A DNA stretch of 64,000 nucleotides from a virus. Taxonomy: Duplodnaviria; Caudoviricetes. The stretch's first letter is position 1, and each line of letters begins with the position of its first letter. The notes below the pieces were generated by a model. It worked only from the letters and a program-made list of their open reading frames with translations, was not told the origin of the DNA and made no database searches. The translations under genes were made by a program, and so were the position numbers. This document shows, one piece after another, positions 61,063 to 64,000 of this stretch. The stretch covers positions 32,001-96,000 of the IMG/VR virus record IMGVR_UViG_3300009873_000003; one strand, given 5' to 3'.

Positions 61063-61130
61063 AGTTCGCATTTAAACGTGAGAAATTATCGGTTTCTTGT
61101 TTTTTTGTTTTGCTGTTAGCGAACTTATGT
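61063..61130 (-). ncRNA. CTAACAGCAAA-stem RNA with anticodon-arm-like hairpin
   Basis: TTGACA(61159-64)-17-TATACT; AGTTCGC/GCGAACT stem; AGAAA-CCGATAA-TTTCT hairpin. Confidence 0.6.
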
Positions 61131-61179
61131 TTAAGAGTATACATCAGCACTTGCTGTTTGTCAAGCTTTCTCGCAGACT

Positions 61180-61362
61180 TTAACGCCAACGATGTTTTTC
61201 AAAATCCTTGGAGATTCGGTTAAATCGTCTAACCGCTATAATACTAGCGACTACCCAAGCGACGAAAGTTGCTACAGACACAGCGATTAGTACGTACACT
61301 AAGAAAGTTAAAGCGTTTGCTAATTCTGGACTCATGTCTAACTCCATAAATGTGTGAACCAC
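61180..61362 (-). CDS. Small single-TM protein
   Basis: Hydrophobic helix with a basic tail; packed operon. Confidence 0.5.
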   Translation of the reverse strand: MVHTFMELDMSPELANALTFLVYVLIAVSVATFVAWVVASIIAVRRFNRISKDFEKHRWR

Positions 61363-61685
61363 TTACCGAACAATTCGCATCCCTCTTGCACAAATGCAGC
61401 ATTCTCAGGTGTTGGTGCGGGCCAGTCGTCTTCGCTGGCAATGATTGTGAATGCGTGAATCATTTTATCTAGAATCTCGTCCCATTCTTCCGCAGTGATT
61501 GAAGCGGGATAAGATTTACAACCTTCACGAAACGCAATTAGTCGAGGTAAAGTGAATTGTGCAATTGTCGTGTAGAGCGACCACCAGTCAGTGTCGTCAA
61601 AGCCTCGTTGCGCAAGTTGAACGTCGTATTTCGCAATGCGTTCAGGGGCCATGCTCTGCCAGTTGTCTAAGTCTTTGTATGACAT
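61338..61685 (-). CDS. Hypothetical phage protein
   Basis: AAGGAG RBS; W.L..TIA...PRL..F...EW..ILD.MI.AF pattern common in phages. Confidence 0.65.
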   Translation of the reverse strand: MSYKDLDNWQSMAPERIAKYDVQLAQRGFDDTDWWSLYTTIAQFTLPRLIAFREGCKSYPASITAEEWDEILDKMIHAFTIIASEDDWPAPTPENAAFVQEGCELFGKWFTHLWS

Positions 61686-61694
61686 TTCTGCTCC

Positions 61695-62105
61695 TTATTC
61701 GTTTGCTAAAAACAGCTTTTCTTTCGCTCTAGTTACAGCAACATATTCTAGGTTCTGCTCTTGCTGCGCCTGCCAAGCGAGCTGACCTTTATATTTGATA
61801 CGAATGATTGTAAAATACTTGTTTTCGTCAACTCTAATTTTCCGCACCTTGGAGAGCAATTTCATTCCAGACGCATGAAGCGTTTTTGCATCAGCTTTAT
61901 CGCCAAGCCTCGAACCAAGTTCTGTCGCAATGTGTTTGTTGAAAGTGGCGAAGAGTACAGATTGTCTGGTGTCAAGCTCATTCACAATCTGAACAAGCGT
62001 TGTCGTCTTGCCAGAACCGGCAACAGCACTGACAGCAAGATTAGCATCTGTGTTGCGCACGTTGTCGAAAATGTGCGTTTGATAACTTGACCAGTTCATG
62101 CTCAT
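61695..62105 (-). pseudogene. Internally deleted UvrD/Rep-like helicase (136 aa)
   Basis: Motifs I (AVAGSGKTT), Ia (FNKHIA) and Ib (KTLH) are joined directly to motif VI (NL.YVAVTRAK); motifs II-V are absent. Confidence 0.7.
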
Positions 62106-62163
62106 CGCTGCGCCTTTCTGTTTAGTCTTTATAGAGGTCTTTTAAAAGCTTAAGATATTGAAG

Positions 62164-62277
62164 AAAGAAAAAATGTCTGATTTTTTTCAAGAATCAGACA
62201 AAACTTGTGTGACTTTTTTTAATCGTCTCTTCAAACAGGTAAGATAAAGTCGAACTTACTTAAAACGTTTGAGAGTG
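62164..62277 (-). ncRNA. Dispersed TTCGACTT-loop sRNA cassette, copy 5 (subtype B)
   Basis: TTGACA(62306-11)-17-TATAAT(62283-88); perfect GTAAG/CTTAC inner stem; terminator. Confidence 0.75.
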
Positions 62278-62405
62278 ACTTGATTATAACACTAGAGTCA
62301 GCGTTTGTCAAGCTTTCACACAACGTTTAAGCTCAATTTCAGAATCGAACTGAAATCTACTGCTTACAAGGCAGTTGTTTTACCGTTAAACTAATCGAGC
62401 ATTTT

Positions 62406-63050
62406 TCACTTAGCAAAGACAGGAACGAGATTTTGACGATTGTCGTAGAAGAGTTCAACAACGCCTTTTTCAAACCCATCCGCTAACGTGTTCATTGGGG
62501 CGTTCACTTCTTCACCATCGACGTACACTTGATAGCTGCTCGCTAGACCTGGCAACTGAATGCGGTCAGTCAAAACGGTTGTTGTAGTGATGTCATATCG
62601 TTTGAAAACTTCGCCTGTCTCAACGTGCTTAATTTCAACAACCTTATCGACTGTCATGTGAAATTTAATAAAGCTCTTGACAAAGCCATTTTCGACGATA
62701 GCATAGCGATAAACGTCAGGCACGACTGGGTTGAAGTGGGTGGTGATGGCAACTGGCGTCCCGTTAACCGTCACGCTCACATTCGCTGGACCAATTGATG
62801 GTCTAAAAGTGAAACGAGTGAATTTGACATAGAGTGGGTCGCCTTCGACTTGCACTGTCGCTGTGTAATAGACAGTGTCAAAAATATGATAGCTGACACT
62901 AATCGTGTCGCTAACCGCCGACTGCACCACGAGTTCAGACGTGAAACCTTCGGAATCGAAATAACTTTGGAGCACAGCGGTCGCTGGAACGGTTGGAGCA
63001 GGTGAAGCAATAAGAAGATAGAGAGAGAATAGACTACTTAGAAAGAACAT
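62406..63050 (-). CDS. Secreted hypothetical protein
   Basis: Signal peptide; AAGGA RBS. Confidence 0.6.
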   Translation of the reverse strand: MFFLSSLFSLYLLIASPAPTVPATAVLQSYFDSEGFTSELVVQSAVSDTISVSYHIFDTVYYTATVQVEGDPLYVKFTRFTFRPSIGPANVSVTVNGTPVAITTHFNPVVPDVYRYAIVENGFVKSFIKFHMTVDKVVEIKHVETGEVFKRYDITTTTVLTDRIQLPGLASSYQVYVDGEEVNAPMNTLADGFEKGVVELFYDNRQNLVPVFAK

Positions 63051-63076
63051 TTTGATTTTTCCTTTACCTATACTAG

Positions 63077-63148
63077 CGCCCTAACTTGGACTCGAACCAA
63101 GAATAGAAATTTAGAAGATTTCTGTGATGTCCCTTTCACCATTAGAGC
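63077..63148 (-). tRNA. tRNA-Arg(TCT)
   Basis: GCTCTAA/TTAGGGC acceptor, GAAAT-CTTCTAA-ATTTC anticodon arm, CTTGG-TTCGAGT-CCAAG T arm. Confidence 0.9.
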
Positions 63149-63161
63149 AGAAAAAGGGTAG

Positions 63162-63251
63162 CGGTCAGGGAAAGATTTGAACTTTCGAGACACTTACCGT
63201 GTCTAACCGTTTTCAAGACGGCCCCGTTAAACCAGACTCCGGCACCCGACC
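63162..63251 (-). tRNA. tRNA-Ser(TGA)
   Basis: GGTCGGG/CCTGACC acceptor, GCCGT-CTTGAAA-ACGGT anticodon arm, long variable arm, GAAAG-TTCAAAT-CTTTC T arm. Confidence 0.9.
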
Positions 63252-63261
63252 AATTTAGAAC

Positions 63262-63373
63262 AGTGCGCTATTTTATATGTGCTGCCGTTACACTACATCA
63301 TCTTGCGATGATGGCTGGACTCGAACCAACACCGTATCCTTAAAATAGAATTTTTGTTTGCTGTTAGCGCACT
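63262..63373 (-). ncRNA. Y-RNA-like (YrlA-architecture) RNA with circularly permuted tRNA-like domain
   Basis: A long stem with a CTAACAGCAAA bulge encloses a T arm, a 7-bp acceptor-like stem closed by GCAA, then TA and a D arm. Confidence 0.75.
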
Positions 63374-63377
63374 TGTC

Positions 63378-63686
63378 TTACTTTAAAATCATGCACGAGT
63401 TCGGTAGGTCGATGGGTAATTCTGAAAGCTTGCTAATTTGTTCGTTATATTGAGTGCAAGTACGATTGTATTGCGCCTCAAGCTTGCTAATTTCGGTTTT
63501 CAACCGTTCTTTTTCCTTTTCATCTGTCGTTTCGTCAAGTACGTTTAGCAAACGATTTGTTGCGAGTAAAACTTCCGTAAAACTCGCATTCAAATCTGCT
63601 AGAGAGCGTTCTTGTTCCGCAACTTTCAAGGATAAGCACGCAATTATTACAAACAATAGAATAAGAAGGGTTATACCGTGTCGCAC
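63378..63686 (-). CDS. TM-anchored coiled-coil protein
   Basis: N-terminal TM helix followed by a heptad pattern. Confidence 0.55.
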   Translation of the reverse strand: MRHGITLLILLFVIIACLSLKVAEQERSLADLNASFTEVLLATNRLLNVLDETTDEKEKERLKTEISKLEAQYNRTCTQYNEQISKLSELPIDLPNSCMILK

Positions 63687-63712
63687 TGTTGTCTTCTTTC
63701 TTTTCTAAGAAA

Positions 63713-63775
63713 AGTTCGCTGTTTTGTTTTTCAATTAGCGATGAAATTTTGTTTTGCTGTTAGCGAACTTATGTT
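63713..63775 (-). ncRNA. CTAACAGCAAA-stem RNA with anticodon-arm-like hairpin
   Basis: TTGACA(63803-08)-17-TATACT; AGTTCGCT/AGCGAACT stem; TTTCA-TCGCTAAT-TGAAA hairpin. Confidence 0.6.
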
Positions 63776-63812
63776 TAAGAGTATATCACGCTATTACTTG
63801 CTTGTCAAGCTT

Positions 63813-63998
63813 TCACGCACGTTTTGTGAAGTCGATTTCGCACGCTCCACCACATTCTAACACCAGTGTGCGCTCATCTACGCCTGACGTGTATTTTTCA
63901 TACTTGTGCCAGTCAATGACTGGGAATGTGTAGTTTTCATATTCAGTCTGCGTGATAGGCTGAATTGGTGAAATACCGTAGCTGTGATAGAAAGGAAA
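63813..63998 (-). CDS. nrdJ: C-terminus of a class II ribonucleotide reductase (partial)
   Basis: Own translation: FPFYHSYGISPIQPITQTEYE...IDW...ECGGACEIDFTKRA*, with the C-terminal redox Cys pair typical of NrdJ. Confidence 0.65.
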   Translation of the reverse strand, partial: FPFYHSYGISPIQPITQTEYENYTFPVIDWHKYEKYTSGVDERTLVLECGGACEIDFTKRA

Positions 63999-64000
63999 AA

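Overview
This window is a 64 kb segment of a large tailed dsDNA bacteriophage, probably a siphovirus with a very long tail. The host is tentatively Chloroflexota, inferred from protein styles. Positions 1-21.9 kb (+) hold Cys-rich virion and adhesion proteins (PKD, beta-helix, lectin, CBM and repeat fibre domains), then an unusual membrane/lysis module (MscS-like channel, two Pro/Thr mucin-like proteins, PAS-TM protein, holin-like protein, thermonuclease, M23 peptidase). Positions 22-31.8 kb are accessory genes, including an RlaP-like nucleotidyltransferase, ThyX with a mini-intein and a GH-like+SH3 protein. Positions 31.8-51.3 kb (+) are the tail module with a 3911-aa tape measure. Positions 51.5-64 kb (-) are replication genes (primase, DnaB-like helicase, split DnaE, RuvC-like, SSB-like, an internally deleted UvrD, the 3' end of nrdJ) plus tRNA-Arg and tRNA-Ser. 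The most striking signal is non-coding: about 11 small predicted RNA units, most under near-consensus sigma70-type promoters that share an upstream motif (GYGWGAAHGC-TTGACA). They are (i) five dispersed copies of a promoter/structured-RNA/terminator cassette with a conserved TTCGACTT loop, (ii) three CTAACAGCAAA-stem RNAs, one carrying a circularly permuted tRNA-like domain (YrlA/Y-RNA architecture) and two carrying anticodon-arm-like hairpins, and (iii) three further orphan sRNA units. All calls come from reading the sequence by eye; no database searches were run.
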